Shown: positions 8,921-18,320 of the stretch, in pieces
How positions within the stretch are numbered: position 1 is the first letter of the stretch
Layout of the letters: each line of letters opens with the position of its first letter
Origin: Archangium sp.
GTDB lineage: Bacteria > Myxococcota > Myxococcia > Myxococcales > Myxococcaceae
Assembly: GCA_047600485.1 (NCBI GenBank)
Contig: JASGKS010000001.1
Location: forward strand, 6,912,259 to 6,976,258
Direction: 5' to 3'
Length of the DNA stretch: 64,000 bases
The notes under the pieces: model-generated
Databases searched by the model: none
What the model was told of the DNA's origin: nothing
The model's input: only the letters and a program-made list of their open reading frames with translations
Position numbers and translations under genes: made by a program

Positions 8921-9071
8921 ACCGCCAATTCGACCGCAGAACCGGCACACGGCCCAAAATCGCCAGGCGCTCGAAGCCGAGAGGCTCGTGCATCGTCTGG
9001 CACTGCGCGGAGCACTGAAACACCATCGTCCTCACTGCAGTTTTCCGCCGCGCTCATGCCACAGTCGGCGC

Positions 9072-10406
9072 GTGAGCGATCCACGAGAGACCATCGTCAC
9101 CGCCCAGAAGCAGCACGCGGAAGGCAAGACCCAAGACGCCTACCGAACCCTGCGCGGAGTCTTCTCCGGAGTCGGCGAATCACTGCGCGACGACGCGCTC
9201 TTCTTCGACGCGATCTCGTTGCTCGCCACCCTGAGCCACACCTTCGGCGCCACGAAAGTCTCCGCCGCGCTCAAGCAGTGCGTCGCCAAACGTGACGACA
9301 CGCAGATGCTCTACGACGCCGCGTACCAGCTCTACGAGGAGCAGCAGTTCGCGCCCGCCTCCGCACTGCTCTTCCGCGCGAACCGCCTCGCACCCGGCCA
9401 ACCAGGAATCATCGCCGAGCTCTCGAGCGCGCTCGAAGCCCAGCTCCGCTACGGCGAAGCAGCGCTGGTGCTCGAACAATCGAACACCGCCGAAACAGAA
9501 CCACTCTGCGCGTACCTCGCAGGCTTCAACTGGCTGATGACCGGCGACCTCGAGCGCGCGAGTTCGCACTTGAAGCGGCTCGCGACCGAGACCGACGAGC
9601 GCATGGTCTTTCAGCGCAACATGCTCGCCGGCATGGTGGCGCGAGCCGAAGCCATGCGCGCAGCCGGAATCTCCCTCGAAGGGCTCGCGCTCACCGCCTG
9701 GCAAGGAGCCATCAACGGCACCGTGCTCCTCCACGAATCACCGCACGGCTACGAGCAACCGATGCACGGCCGCTACGCCTTCGTCTCCGACAGCGCCGGG
9801 CTGCAGCGCGAAGGGCTCGAGCGATTGAAGGTGGTGTTGAGCGCGACGAACTCCGCTCCCGCGCGCATCGTGAGTGCTCCGGGCCGCGAGAGTCGACTGC
9901 TCGGCCTCGCAGCGGCGAAGACGCTCGGAGCGCCCGTCGCCGAGTGGACGCCCGGCTCCGAGAAAGGTGCCCTCGTCGTCGCGTGGACGCTGGAGAGCGT
10001 TCCCACCGACGAGCTGCTCAAGGCGTTGTCGACGCACGCTCCGGCGAACCGGCTGTTCGTGCACGCGTCGTCGTGGGTCGAACCGTTCGGCTACGCGCCC
10101 GACGTGACGACGCTGCTGCACCAGACCATCACGCACCCGTACGCGGGCGGTGCGCTGCGCGTCGACCCCGCGACGCAGAAGGTGACTCGCAGTGAACCCG
10201 ACACGCGCGCTGATGAGGTGCTGGTCGAGGAAATCGTCGCCGCGAAGATCTCGGACCCGAGCAAGACGTCGCTCGAACACGTCACCAGAGTGACTGGCGC
10301 GCTCAGGAGCGTCGACGCTTCGCATCGCGCTGGGCTGTTCGCCCAGAGCGGCCGTAGGCTTCGTCAGCGCGCTGGCGGCCCGGTGTTGAGCAATCGGTTT
10401 CTATGA
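9072..10406 (+). CDS. Hypothetical helical (TPR-like) protein
   Basis: Open frame with high GC3. Start uncertain (GTG 9072, after the palindrome). Stop overlaps the GH5 start (ATGA). Confidence 0.45.
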   Translation: MSDPRETIVTAQKQHAEGKTQDAYRTLRGVFSGVGESLRDDALFFDAISLLATLSHTFGATKVSAALKQCVAKRDDTQMLYDAAYQLYEEQQFAPASALLFRANRLAPGQPGIIAELSSALEAQLRYGEAALVLEQSNTAETEPLCAYLAGFNWLMTGDLERASSHLKRLATETDERMVFQRNMLAGMVARAEAMRAAGISLEGLALTAWQGAINGTVLLHESPHGYEQPMHGRYAFVSDSAGLQREGLERLKVVLSATNSAPARIVSAPGRESRLLGLAAAKTLGAPVAEWTPGSEKGALVVAWTLESVPTDELLKALSTHAPANRLFVHASSWVEPFGYAPDVTTLLHQTITHPYAGGALRVDPATQKVTRSEPDTRADEVLVEEIVAAKISDPSKTSLEHVTRVTGALRSVDASHRAGLFAQSGRRLRQRAGGPVLSNRFL

Positions 10407-11764
10407 ACGCGTTTGACCCTCACCCCAACCCTCTCTTGCTTCTGCTGCTGCTGGTGGCTTGCGTGCCGCCGAAGACCGAGCCACCTCCGGCGCGCACGTT
10501 CTCGGTGAGCAACGGCTTCATCCGCGACCCCGACGGACGCGCGGTGATTCTGCGCGGCGCGAACGTGAGCGGCCGCCACAAAGACCCGCCGTACTTCGAC
10601 TTCCACGAAACACCCGACTTCGAACGCATGCGCGACGAGTGGGGCATGAACTCGGTGCGCTTCCTCATCTCGTGGGCCGCGCTTGAGCCGACGCGCGATG
10701 CGTACGACGACGCGTACCTCGACGAAGTGGTGCGCAAGGTGAAGCTCGCGACCGACGCCGGGCTCCTCGTCTTCCTCGACATGCACCAGGACCTGTACGG
10801 AGTCGGTTTCCCCGGCGGAAACGGCATGCCGCGCTGGACCTGCGACGAGTCGAAGTACGCGAGCTACCGCCCGGGCACGACGTGGTTCTTCAACTACCTC
10901 TCCGCCGAAGTGACCGCGTGCTTCGACGGCTTCTGGGGCAGCCGCGACTTGCACGCGAAGTACGCCGCCGCCTGGAGCCACGTCGCGCAGCGCTTCGTCG
11001 ACGCACCACTCGTCATCGGCTTCGACCCGATGAACGAGCCGTACTGGGGCTCGTATCAACCCGACTTGCTCGAGCAGGGCCGCCTCGCGAGTCTGTATCG
11101 AGACGTCATCGCGGCGGTGCGCGTGCATCGACCCGACTGGCTCGCGTTTCTCGAGCCCGTCTCGAGCCGCAACATCGGCCTGCCCTCGAAGTTGCCGACC
11201 TTCAGCGAAGGCAACGTCGTCTACGCGCCACACTCCTACGACGGCACCGCAGAGCAGGGTATGGGCTTCGACCCGACCCGCCGCTCGGTGCTCATGGAAC
11301 AAATCGCGAAGATGCGCACCGAAGCCGACGCGCGCAACGCCGCGCTCGTGCTCGGCGAATACGGCGGCATGACCAACACGCCGGGCATCAGCGAATACAT
11401 GGACGCGGAGTACGACGCCGCGGGGCTCCAGCGCGCCGGCGCGATGTATTGGGATTACGGAAAGAACGACGGCTACGCGCTGCTCTCCGCCGATGGCACG
11501 CCGAAGGCCGACCTGCTGGCGATGGTCGCGCGCCCGTACCCCGCGCGCGTCGCGGGCGAACCCGGAGCGTGGGCAGTCGACGGCGACACGTTCACCTTCC
11601 GCTACGCGCCGAATTTCGCGCTCACCGTTCCCACCGTGATTCGCGTCCCAACGGGCACGTTCACCGCGACGTGTGACGGCTGCACGGTCGAAGCGAAGAG
11701 CGGAGCATTCGAGCTCACGCCGACGAGCGGCGTCACCGAAGTGCACTTCACGCTGACGCGCTGA
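10403..11764 (+). CDS. Glycoside hydrolase family 5 (endoglycanase/endoglycoceramidase-like) lipoprotein
   Basis: GH5 blocks NSVRFLISW, LVFLDMHQD and GFDPMNEP (catalytic NEP). Lipobox LLLVAC. Confidence 0.7.
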   Translation: MNAFDPHPNPLLLLLLLVACVPPKTEPPPARTFSVSNGFIRDPDGRAVILRGANVSGRHKDPPYFDFHETPDFERMRDEWGMNSVRFLISWAALEPTRDAYDDAYLDEVVRKVKLATDAGLLVFLDMHQDLYGVGFPGGNGMPRWTCDESKYASYRPGTTWFFNYLSAEVTACFDGFWGSRDLHAKYAAAWSHVAQRFVDAPLVIGFDPMNEPYWGSYQPDLLEQGRLASLYRDVIAAVRVHRPDWLAFLEPVSSRNIGLPSKLPTFSEGNVVYAPHSYDGTAEQGMGFDPTRRSVLMEQIAKMRTEADARNAALVLGEYGGMTNTPGISEYMDAEYDAAGLQRAGAMYWDYGKNDGYALLSADGTPKADLLAMVARPYPARVAGEPGAWAVDGDTFTFRYAPNFALTVPTVIRVPTGTFTATCDGCTVEAKSGAFELTPTSGVTEVHFTLTR

Positions 11765-11784
11765 GCCCCAGGCCTGCTCCGAGT

Positions 11785-12441
11785 TCACCAGCGGAAGCGC
11801 ACGCCGACGCTGATGCTGCAGTACGGCCACGTCATGAACGGCGGAAAGCGACGCATGAAGCCCGGCTGCGCGGTGCCCATCGTTCCGCGCACGTGCAGCA
11901 CCTTCCACGCGAACTCGAACACGCTGCCGAAGCGAAACGCATCGGGCTCGTTTGAGATGGGCATCCACTGCACGCGCGCTTCGAAGCGCAGGTCGCGATC
12001 TCCGAACAGCACGCCGAACGACGGCCCACCACCGGCGAGGAACGCGAAGATTCCGTACCACTCGCCCGACGCCGCGTAGTGCACGTTGCGCATCTCGCCA
12101 TCGACGCCGATGGTCAGAAATTTCGCAAACACCGCGCGCCCGGAAATCTGGTGCTCGAAGCCCGCGTACTCCGTGAACGGCGGCCACCACACGCCCTGCA
12201 CCCAGCCCGAGAAGATGAAGTGCTCCTCTTCGTGAACGAGGTCGATGCGACCTGATGCGCTGGGGCCCCAGCCGAGGCTGTCGCCGAGCGCGAAGCCGGC
12301 ACCGAGCCCGAGCTCGCCCCGCACTTCCGGAGACGCCATCAACACCGCACTCAACACACACGCGCTCAGCACGCGCGGGCCCTGATCAACATTCGTGCCG
12401 ACCACACCGCGCGGGGAAAGGAGAACACCCGCGACGCGCAC
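11785..12441 (-). CDS. Hypothetical outer-membrane beta-barrel-like protein
   Basis: Alternating amphipathic strands, aromatic C-terminus (...VGVRFRW). Start uncertain. Confidence 0.4.
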   Translation of the reverse strand: MRVAGVLLSPRGVVGTNVDQGPRVLSACVLSAVLMASPEVRGELGLGAGFALGDSLGWGPSASGRIDLVHEEEHFIFSGWVQGVWWPPFTEYAGFEHQISGRAVFAKFLTIGVDGEMRNVHYAASGEWYGIFAFLAGGGPSFGVLFGDRDLRFEARVQWMPISNEPDAFRFGSVFEFAWKVLHVRGTMGTAQPGFMRRFPPFMTWPYCSISVGVRFRW

Positions 12442-12459
12442 GTCATGACGCCGCTGTCG

Positions 12460-13584
12460 TCAGAAGAGGCTGACTTCGGAGCACGCGTTCACTCCACCCG
12501 GGAACTGGAACGTGACCTTCTTCGCCGTCACGCCGCCATCGACCGCCACCGTCACCCACGCGGGAGTCGAGCCGACCAGCAACATGCCCGCGTCGCGACG
12601 ACGCCTCGGCAACGACGACAACGCGCGCTGCGAATAATCGAATGTGCCCTGCTGCGTTGCCGCGAGCCCGCCGTCGGCGTCGAAGAACTGCGCGACGATG
12701 ATGGGCGCTCCGACTTCGAGCTCGCGGAACACGACGCTCTGCACGCGCTGCGGAGTCGGCAGCTCAATCGACACCGACATCCGCGAGCCGAGGTCGAAGG
12801 GCTCGGCCACTCCGTCCGTCAGCGGACACGGAGTTCCGAGCGAGCCGCAGGCCGCGCCGCGGCTCAACGCCGTGCGCGTTCCCACCACGGGAATCTTCTG
12901 GCTCGCCGTCAACCGCACCGCGTTGAACGTCAGCCCGTCGAACGGGCTCGTGCCGCTCCCCATGCGCTGACCCGCCACCGCGCTGAACGAGAGCTCGCCT
13001 GTGAAGTCTTCGGCGTGCAACTCGGAGAACTCCATCGGCCGCGTCACCGGCTCCATCGTGAAGGTGTCGAAGTACACGTCGTCGACTTCCCAGAACAACC
13101 CGCCATCGCTGCTCTCGAAGTCCGCGCGCTGCGTGAGCGTGCCGCCGTCGACCGAGTTCACGTCGTACACCGGCGTCAGCGACAGCAACCCGTTCTCCAG
13201 GCGCGCATCGGGCACCCAGTCGAAGAACGTCGCGAGCTGCGTCTCGTTGGCGATGCCGATGAGGTCCGTCTCCGCGACCGTGCCGGACGCGAACGTCACC
13301 CGCACCTTGAAGCAGAAGAGTCCCTGCTGACTGAGGCTCTGCGTCTGCGCGCGGAACACCTCGAAGAGGAACGCTCCGTCGGCGTCGGTGGTGGTGGTCT
13401 TGAACGCGCGGAACTCGCCATCGCACGCGCCGGAAAAATCGGCCGACTCCGCGCGCAACATCTCGACCGTCAGCCCTTCGACTCCGTTCGCTGAGACGAC
13501 CTGGCCGTGAATCGGAAAGATGTCGTCGGGGTTGAAGCACCCGGCGGCGAGCAACGAGAACATCAGCAGCGCGCGGGTCCGCAT
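12460..13584 (-). CDS. Lipoprotein with carboxypeptidase-regulatory-like N-domain, coupled to the TonB-dependent receptor
   Basis: MRTRALLMFSLLAAGC lipobox. TGATG stop/start overlap with the upstream gene. Confidence 0.6.
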   Translation of the reverse strand: MRTRALLMFSLLAAGCFNPDDIFPIHGQVVSANGVEGLTVEMLRAESADFSGACDGEFRAFKTTTTDADGAFLFEVFRAQTQSLSQQGLFCFKVRVTFASGTVAETDLIGIANETQLATFFDWVPDARLENGLLSLTPVYDVNSVDGGTLTQRADFESSDGGLFWEVDDVYFDTFTMEPVTRPMEFSELHAEDFTGELSFSAVAGQRMGSGTSPFDGLTFNAVRLTASQKIPVVGTRTALSRGAACGSLGTPCPLTDGVAEPFDLGSRMSVSIELPTPQRVQSVVFRELEVGAPIIVAQFFDADGGLAATQQGTFDYSQRALSSLPRRRRDAGMLLVGSTPAWVTVAVDGGVTAKKVTFQFPGGVNACSEVSLF

Positions 13585-16301
13585 CAGTACACCACCTTGA
13601 AACCAATCGTCGGCAGCACGATGGGAGCGCCCTGCTGTTCCTTGAGCGGCGCTCCGTTCTCGTCGAACCCGTAGCTGAAGCCGTACACCTCGGGCCGCAC
13701 CAGCACGTTGAAGACGTCGAGGTAGATGTCGACCGAGAAGTTGTTGAACGAAATCAGCTTCGACGCGCGCAGGTCGAGCCGTCCGAACGCGGGCAAGCGG
13801 TCGACCTGATTCAACGGCACCGGCGCCCACACCTGCCCGCCCATGCCGTCGCTCACGAGGCGCGAGGTGCGCGAGCTGAACTCGCCTGACTCGGGGCGGC
13901 CGGTGTTGAGGTGGAACGACGCGCTCACCTTGAAGCCCGCAGGCAGCTGCACTCCGGCGACGAGGTTGAGCGAGTGCGCCTGGTCGAACGCGAAGGGCAG
14001 CATCTCCGTCGCGTCGGTGACGTTGATCTGATCAGCGTCGTAAATCGCGAACCGCCGCATGCGCTCGCTGCGCATGAACGTGTACGAGAGCCAGCCGAAG
14101 AAACGGCCTTGCTGCGGCAAGCGCACCATCACCTCGAGGCCGTACGCGCGGCCCCAGCGATTTCCCGAGAAGCGGTCGTCGAGCGAGGAGATGCCGGTGA
14201 CGAACTCCGCGAGGCTGCGCTCTCGGGCCTGGAAGATGTGGTTGTAGAAGACGTCGCCCGACACCTCGAGGCCGAACCACGGCAGCGTGCCCACCGCTCC
14301 GACGCTGAACTGCCCGACTTCCTGCAGACCGGTCTTGAGCGCGCCGGCGTCGGTGACCGGCAGCGAGATGAGCAACATCGGCGCTTGATGCGCGAGGCCG
14401 GCGCTGCCGCGGAAGCGCAAGAAGTCCCACGGCTCGACGCGCACCTCGAGGCGAGGATCCACCGACGGCAGCAGGAAACTCGGCGCGAGATGCCACGTGT
14501 CGACGCGCACGCCCGCCACCACCGTCACCGGCTTGTAGAAGAACGCCGCCTCGACGAACGAGCCGGTGAAGACACCCATCACGCGCGGCTGCTTGAGCAA
14601 ATCGCCGCCCGCACCCGCGCCTGCTCCGACGCCCAGCGTGGTCTCGACGTCGCTCGTCTGTCGCTCGGTGTCGAAGCCCGCCTTGAACTGCAGATGCTCT
14701 CCGAGCTCGAGCCGGTACGAGAGCCGCGTGGTCCAGATGAACCGGTTGAGGAGGAAGCTGCCGATGCGTTCCTGCTTCTGGTTCTCGCCGTAGAGACCCA
14801 TCGTCTCCCAGCCGATCCACGTGCCCGCTTCGAGCGTGCCGGGACCGATGGGGTACTGCGCGCGCAAGTCGACGCGATGGAAGATGGACGTCAGGTACAC
14901 GGAGGGCGTTCGCTCGACTTCCGACTTCGTGCCCACGCGGTCGCTCGAACCGAACGCGAGCAGGCGGATGTTGCCCTTCCCAATCTTCTGCTCGACGCGC
15001 GCCTGGTAGTCGTACGACTCGAACACCGGCTTGATGCCTTCGCCGAACGCGCCCGCGGCGGAGAGAGCGCCGAGCAGCCACGCCGAATAATTGATGTGGC
15101 CGCCGACCGAGATGTTGGTGCCGCTCTCCTTGATGGGTACTTCGACGAACGCGTTGGTCTGCAGCGCGTCGGGAGAGACGACGACGTGCACGCGGTCGTC
15201 GCGGGCTTTCGCGACCTGCGCGCTCACCACTCCGCCCGAGATGCGGCCGTACCGCGTCGGCGCGTTCGCCGGGTAGAAGTCGATGCTCTCGATGAACTCG
15301 GGGTGCACCACGGAAGCGCCCGCGAGCAGGTGGTACAGCTGCGGTACGCGCACACCGTCGAGGTAGAAGCCCGTCGCCGCCGGCAGCGAGCCGCGCACCA
15401 CGGGGTAGGAAATTCCCGACGCGGGCGTGACGACTCCGGGGAGCAACATCACCACGCGCAGCGGCTCACCACCGGTGCCCGCGACTTCGCGCAGCTCGGC
15501 GCCGGAGAGCGAGATGCGCGAGAGCTCGGCGCGATCGACCTGACCGCGCACGATGGTCTCGTACGGTTTCGAGTACTGGCGGTCGAGGCGGTAGAGCAGC
15601 TCGACCTGCTGGCCCGGCTTCAGCGTCTCCTTGAAGACGCGCGGCTTGTGATTCGGAGCGATGACGCGAATTCGCACCGCGCCCGCGGGCAACGAGAACT
15701 CGAGGCGGCCTTCACCGTTCGTTTCTCCGAGCGAAACGCCGCCGTCTTCGAAGCCACTCTCGAGCGCGGCCTTCGCGGCCTTCTTGCTGAGCTTCTCGCC
15801 GCTCGCCACGTCGGGCAGCCAGCTGAACTGTGCGAGCGAGATGGTCTCTCGCGTGCCGCGCGTGAGCACCTGGACCTTGAGCGTGGCGTTGGTGCCGGCG
15901 TCGGGTTCTTCGAGGGCGACGGGCGCTTCGAAGCGATAGCGGTACGCGAGCACCACGCTCACCGCGACGCCGTCACGCATCGCGGGGTCGAAGCCGAGAC
16001 CGCGCGCGGCGTTGAGAGCGGCGGTGGTGAACGGCTCGCCCGGGCTGTCCTTCACTTCGACCGCGCTCACGCTGCCGTCGGTCTCGATGGTGAGCATCAG
16101 CTCGACGTCACCGCCGATGAGGCCCGCTTCCCTTGCAGCTTCGGGCCACGGCGCTGGAGAGGTCTGCACCAGCACGGGCGGGAGAAAAATGCCGGCGTCG
16201 ATTTCGGCAGCGACGTCGATGATCAGCCCGCCGTCGATTCCCGCGTCTTGCGCGCGAGCGAGCGAGGCGGCGACGACCACAACCAGAGCAAGACAGCGCA
16301 C
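13584..16301 (-). CDS. TonB-dependent receptor (Oar-like) with N-terminal TonB-C domain
   Basis: Signal peptide; TonB C-terminal-like segment; CarboxypepD_reg-like region; plug (GEPLRVVMLLPGV...FYLDGVRVP); long C-terminal barrel. Confidence 0.7.
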   Translation of the reverse strand: MRCLALVVVVAASLARAQDAGIDGGLIIDVAAEIDAGIFLPPVLVQTSPAPWPEAAREAGLIGGDVELMLTIETDGSVSAVEVKDSPGEPFTTAALNAARGLGFDPAMRDGVAVSVVLAYRYRFEAPVALEEPDAGTNATLKVQVLTRGTRETISLAQFSWLPDVASGEKLSKKAAKAALESGFEDGGVSLGETNGEGRLEFSLPAGAVRIRVIAPNHKPRVFKETLKPGQQVELLYRLDRQYSKPYETIVRGQVDRAELSRISLSGAELREVAGTGGEPLRVVMLLPGVVTPASGISYPVVRGSLPAATGFYLDGVRVPQLYHLLAGASVVHPEFIESIDFYPANAPTRYGRISGGVVSAQVAKARDDRVHVVVSPDALQTNAFVEVPIKESGTNISVGGHINYSAWLLGALSAAGAFGEGIKPVFESYDYQARVEQKIGKGNIRLLAFGSSDRVGTKSEVERTPSVYLTSIFHRVDLRAQYPIGPGTLEAGTWIGWETMGLYGENQKQERIGSFLLNRFIWTTRLSYRLELGEHLQFKAGFDTERQTSDVETTLGVGAGAGAGGDLLKQPRVMGVFTGSFVEAAFFYKPVTVVAGVRVDTWHLAPSFLLPSVDPRLEVRVEPWDFLRFRGSAGLAHQAPMLLISLPVTDAGALKTGLQEVGQFSVGAVGTLPWFGLEVSGDVFYNHIFQARERSLAEFVTGISSLDDRFSGNRWGRAYGLEVMVRLPQQGRFFGWLSYTFMRSERMRRFAIYDADQINVTDATEMLPFAFDQAHSLNLVAGVQLPAGFKVSASFHLNTGRPESGEFSSRTSRLVSDGMGGQVWAPVPLNQVDRLPAFGRLDLRASKLISFNNFSVDIYLDVFNVLVRPEVYGFSYGFDENGAPLKEQQGAPIVLPTIGFKVVY

Positions 16302-16379
16302 GGGCGCTGAGTTGCCACACGTCAGTCGGGCGATCCACCGCGACTCTCGGGAACAGCCCTGGTGAACAGCAGGGCAAAC

Positions 16380-16560
16380 CGGGTTTCGGGCCGTGCTCGA
16401 CGCCGGCAGCCCCTCACTTTGAGCGAATTTCGCTCACTTGGTTCACCACTTCGTGAAAGTGGCTGTGGGCACAGCCAGATCCACGTAGTGGTGAAATTGA
16501 GCCCAATTCCCCTCAAACCAAGGGGCACGCTTGCTTCTCGGCACGGCGAACACAACCCAA
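16380..16560 (-). promoter_or_regulatory. Structured leader/promoter region of the TonB-receptor gene with clustered palindromes
   Basis: 17-bp perfect palindrome TGAGCGAATTTCGCTCA (16420..16436); CCACTTcgtgaAAGTGG; GGCTGTGggCACAGCC; CCACgtaGTGG. Confidence 0.3.
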
Positions 16561-16619
16561 ACCACTACCCATCTCAATGCATTTTCCCGTGGCCCGCCGC
16601 AGCAATCGAACAGCCACTT

Positions 16620-18254
16620 TCACGCAGTGGTGCCCGTCCGCCGACGCGCGCGCCGGCTGAACGCCACGAGCGCGGCGAACGACAACAGACTGACCGGATC
16701 GACCGAGGAGCAGCCCTGCTGTTGCGCAGCCGTCTCACTCGTGTCGAGCAGCGGCACCTTCTGGTGAATCTTCGCGATGTTGTTGGTGAGGATGGTCGGC
16801 GTGCCCTCCTCCGGCACCGTCGCGATGCTGAGTGCCGCCGGCAGTCCGTCGAGCTTGGTGCTCGGCTTCACCATCCACCCCTGCTCGGTGGTGACCTCGG
16901 TCTCGCCGCAGCCGAAGTCCTGAATCGAGCGATGTTCGCGCGCGACGTCGGGCAGCGACGCGTTGAACGCGAACACCGGGTCGACGTTCATGTCCTCGGG
17001 GTTGAGCGTCGTGTACAGCCGCGTGAGCTTCGGGAACTCGTCGAACAGCGCGAACGCCTCGCGCGTCGGCTTCACGTACTGCGTGAAGATGTCGTGCGCG
17101 AGCGCCGGAGCGTCGAGCGTCGCGGTGTACCCCGTGAACTTGTCGGGGTTCTCCGTGCGGTATTGGCCCAGGTAGTAGCCGAGTGAATTCACCCACGTGT
17201 TGGCGTCGACTCCGACGGCGGCGGGCACCGGCAGCTGCTTCACGATGAGCGACACGACGAGCGGATCAAAATTGTCGGCGCGATCGAACTGCGCACTCTT
17301 GAGCTGCGCGACGAAGGCTTCGGGGGTCGTGGCAGCAGCGAGGTCTGCCTCACTGCCGAAGCGCGAGAACGGCAACTTGAGCGGAGTCGTCGGCCCCGCG
17401 TAGTCGGTGACGAACGCGTGCTTGCCCGGCGCTTCACCGACCGCGCGGGTGACGATTTCGGAATAGTTCGTCACGCCGCTCGCCCAGTTCAGCAGCGCGT
17501 CGTTGATGGTGACGTGCGCGTAGTTGCGGGGAATGCCGCGCCCCTGCCCGAGCATGAAGACCTGCACGCCCATGTTCGGCGTGGCGCCGACGCTGGTGAG
17601 CGTGATGGGAATCATCGGGTAGCTCGACTCGTACTCGAGGACGATGGGCGTCACGTCTCCTGCGCTGCGGTCCGACTGCAGCTTGAGCGCGAGGAAGTAC
17701 GCGCCGGGGTTGATGTACGGGTCGACCGCCGAATCCGTGCCGGTGGGGATGAAGTAGCGGTTGTCGTTGAGCCACTTCAGCATCGCGGTCTTGTCGGCCG
17801 CCGAGAGCACCGCGAAGTCGTACGGGCCGACCGAGCCCTGCTTCACCGCGACCGTGCCTGCGTCGACCGTGCCGTCGGTCCCGCGGTTGCTCGCCAGCCG
17901 AGCTGGTGCGAAGGCGCAGCCGAGCTGAATCGGCCGGCACTTCACGTTGCCGGCGGTGGTGAACACCGGGTCGGTCTCCTCGAGCAAGCGGTTGAAGAGT
18001 TCGTCGCTGCCGGTCTTCAACGTCGGCACCGACGGCAACGGCAACAGCCAACCGAAGTCACTCGCGTTGCCCGAGTACTGAATCTGCACGTGCGCGATGA
18101 CCTTGCCGTCGCGGACCGCGAACACGATGCGCTCGCCCGCTTGAATCACGGGCGTGATGGTGGTGCTGGGTGCGAAGCAGCCGCAGGCGTCGGCGGGTCG
18201 GCTCCAGAGCGCGCAGGACAGCGCGACGATCGTGAAAGCGATGCTGCGAATCAT
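16620..18254 (-). CDS. Secreted protein with C-terminal MYXO-CTERM-like sorting signal
   Basis: Signal peptide MIRSIAFTIVALSCALW. C-terminus GCSSVDPVSLLSFAALVAFSRRARRR (Cys, hydrophobic stretch, Arg cluster). Confidence 0.6.
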   Translation of the reverse strand: MIRSIAFTIVALSCALWSRPADACGCFAPSTTITPVIQAGERIVFAVRDGKVIAHVQIQYSGNASDFGWLLPLPSVPTLKTGSDELFNRLLEETDPVFTTAGNVKCRPIQLGCAFAPARLASNRGTDGTVDAGTVAVKQGSVGPYDFAVLSAADKTAMLKWLNDNRYFIPTGTDSAVDPYINPGAYFLALKLQSDRSAGDVTPIVLEYESSYPMIPITLTSVGATPNMGVQVFMLGQGRGIPRNYAHVTINDALLNWASGVTNYSEIVTRAVGEAPGKHAFVTDYAGPTTPLKLPFSRFGSEADLAAATTPEAFVAQLKSAQFDRADNFDPLVVSLIVKQLPVPAAVGVDANTWVNSLGYYLGQYRTENPDKFTGYTATLDAPALAHDIFTQYVKPTREAFALFDEFPKLTRLYTTLNPEDMNVDPVFAFNASLPDVAREHRSIQDFGCGETEVTTEQGWMVKPSTKLDGLPAALSIATVPEEGTPTILTNNIAKIHQKVPLLDTSETAAQQQGCSSVDPVSLLSFAALVAFSRRARRRTGTTA

Positions 18255-18283
18255 GAAACCTGTCTAGCACGCAACCACGCGCT

Positions 18284-18318
18284 CCCTCTCCCCGCAGGGG
18301 AGAGGGTTGGGGAGAGGG
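18284..18318. repeat. REP-like palindromic element copy (CCCTCTCCCCGCAGGGGAGAGGGTTGGGGAGAGGG)
   Basis: Lies 3' of the histidine-kinase gene. Confidence 0.5.
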
Positions 18319-18320
18319 CC

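Larger units (their letters stand above)
8376..9060. repeat. Large imperfect palindrome (arms about 290 bp, roughly 85% identical) enclosing inverted tandem arrays
   Basis: The reverse complement of 8921..9045 aligns to 8392..8525 (GAAAACTGCA..TGCCAGACGATGC..GAGCCTCTCGGCTTCG..). The 48-bp arrays are in opposite orientation on the two arms. Confidence 0.8.

Noticed and set aside
8411-8975. Small peptide genes (about 40 aa, ending LHQQS*) on each palindrome arm
   Set aside because: The two copies differ by a 2-nt indel that shifts the frame, and the substitutions are not biased to synonymous sites. So the conservation is at DNA level rather than protein level.
16302-16619. Cobalamin riboswitch upstream of the TonB-dependent receptor
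   Set aside because: There is no convincing B12 box (GCCACTG) or GGGAA/GGTG core arrangement on the sense strand. Only palindromes were recorded.
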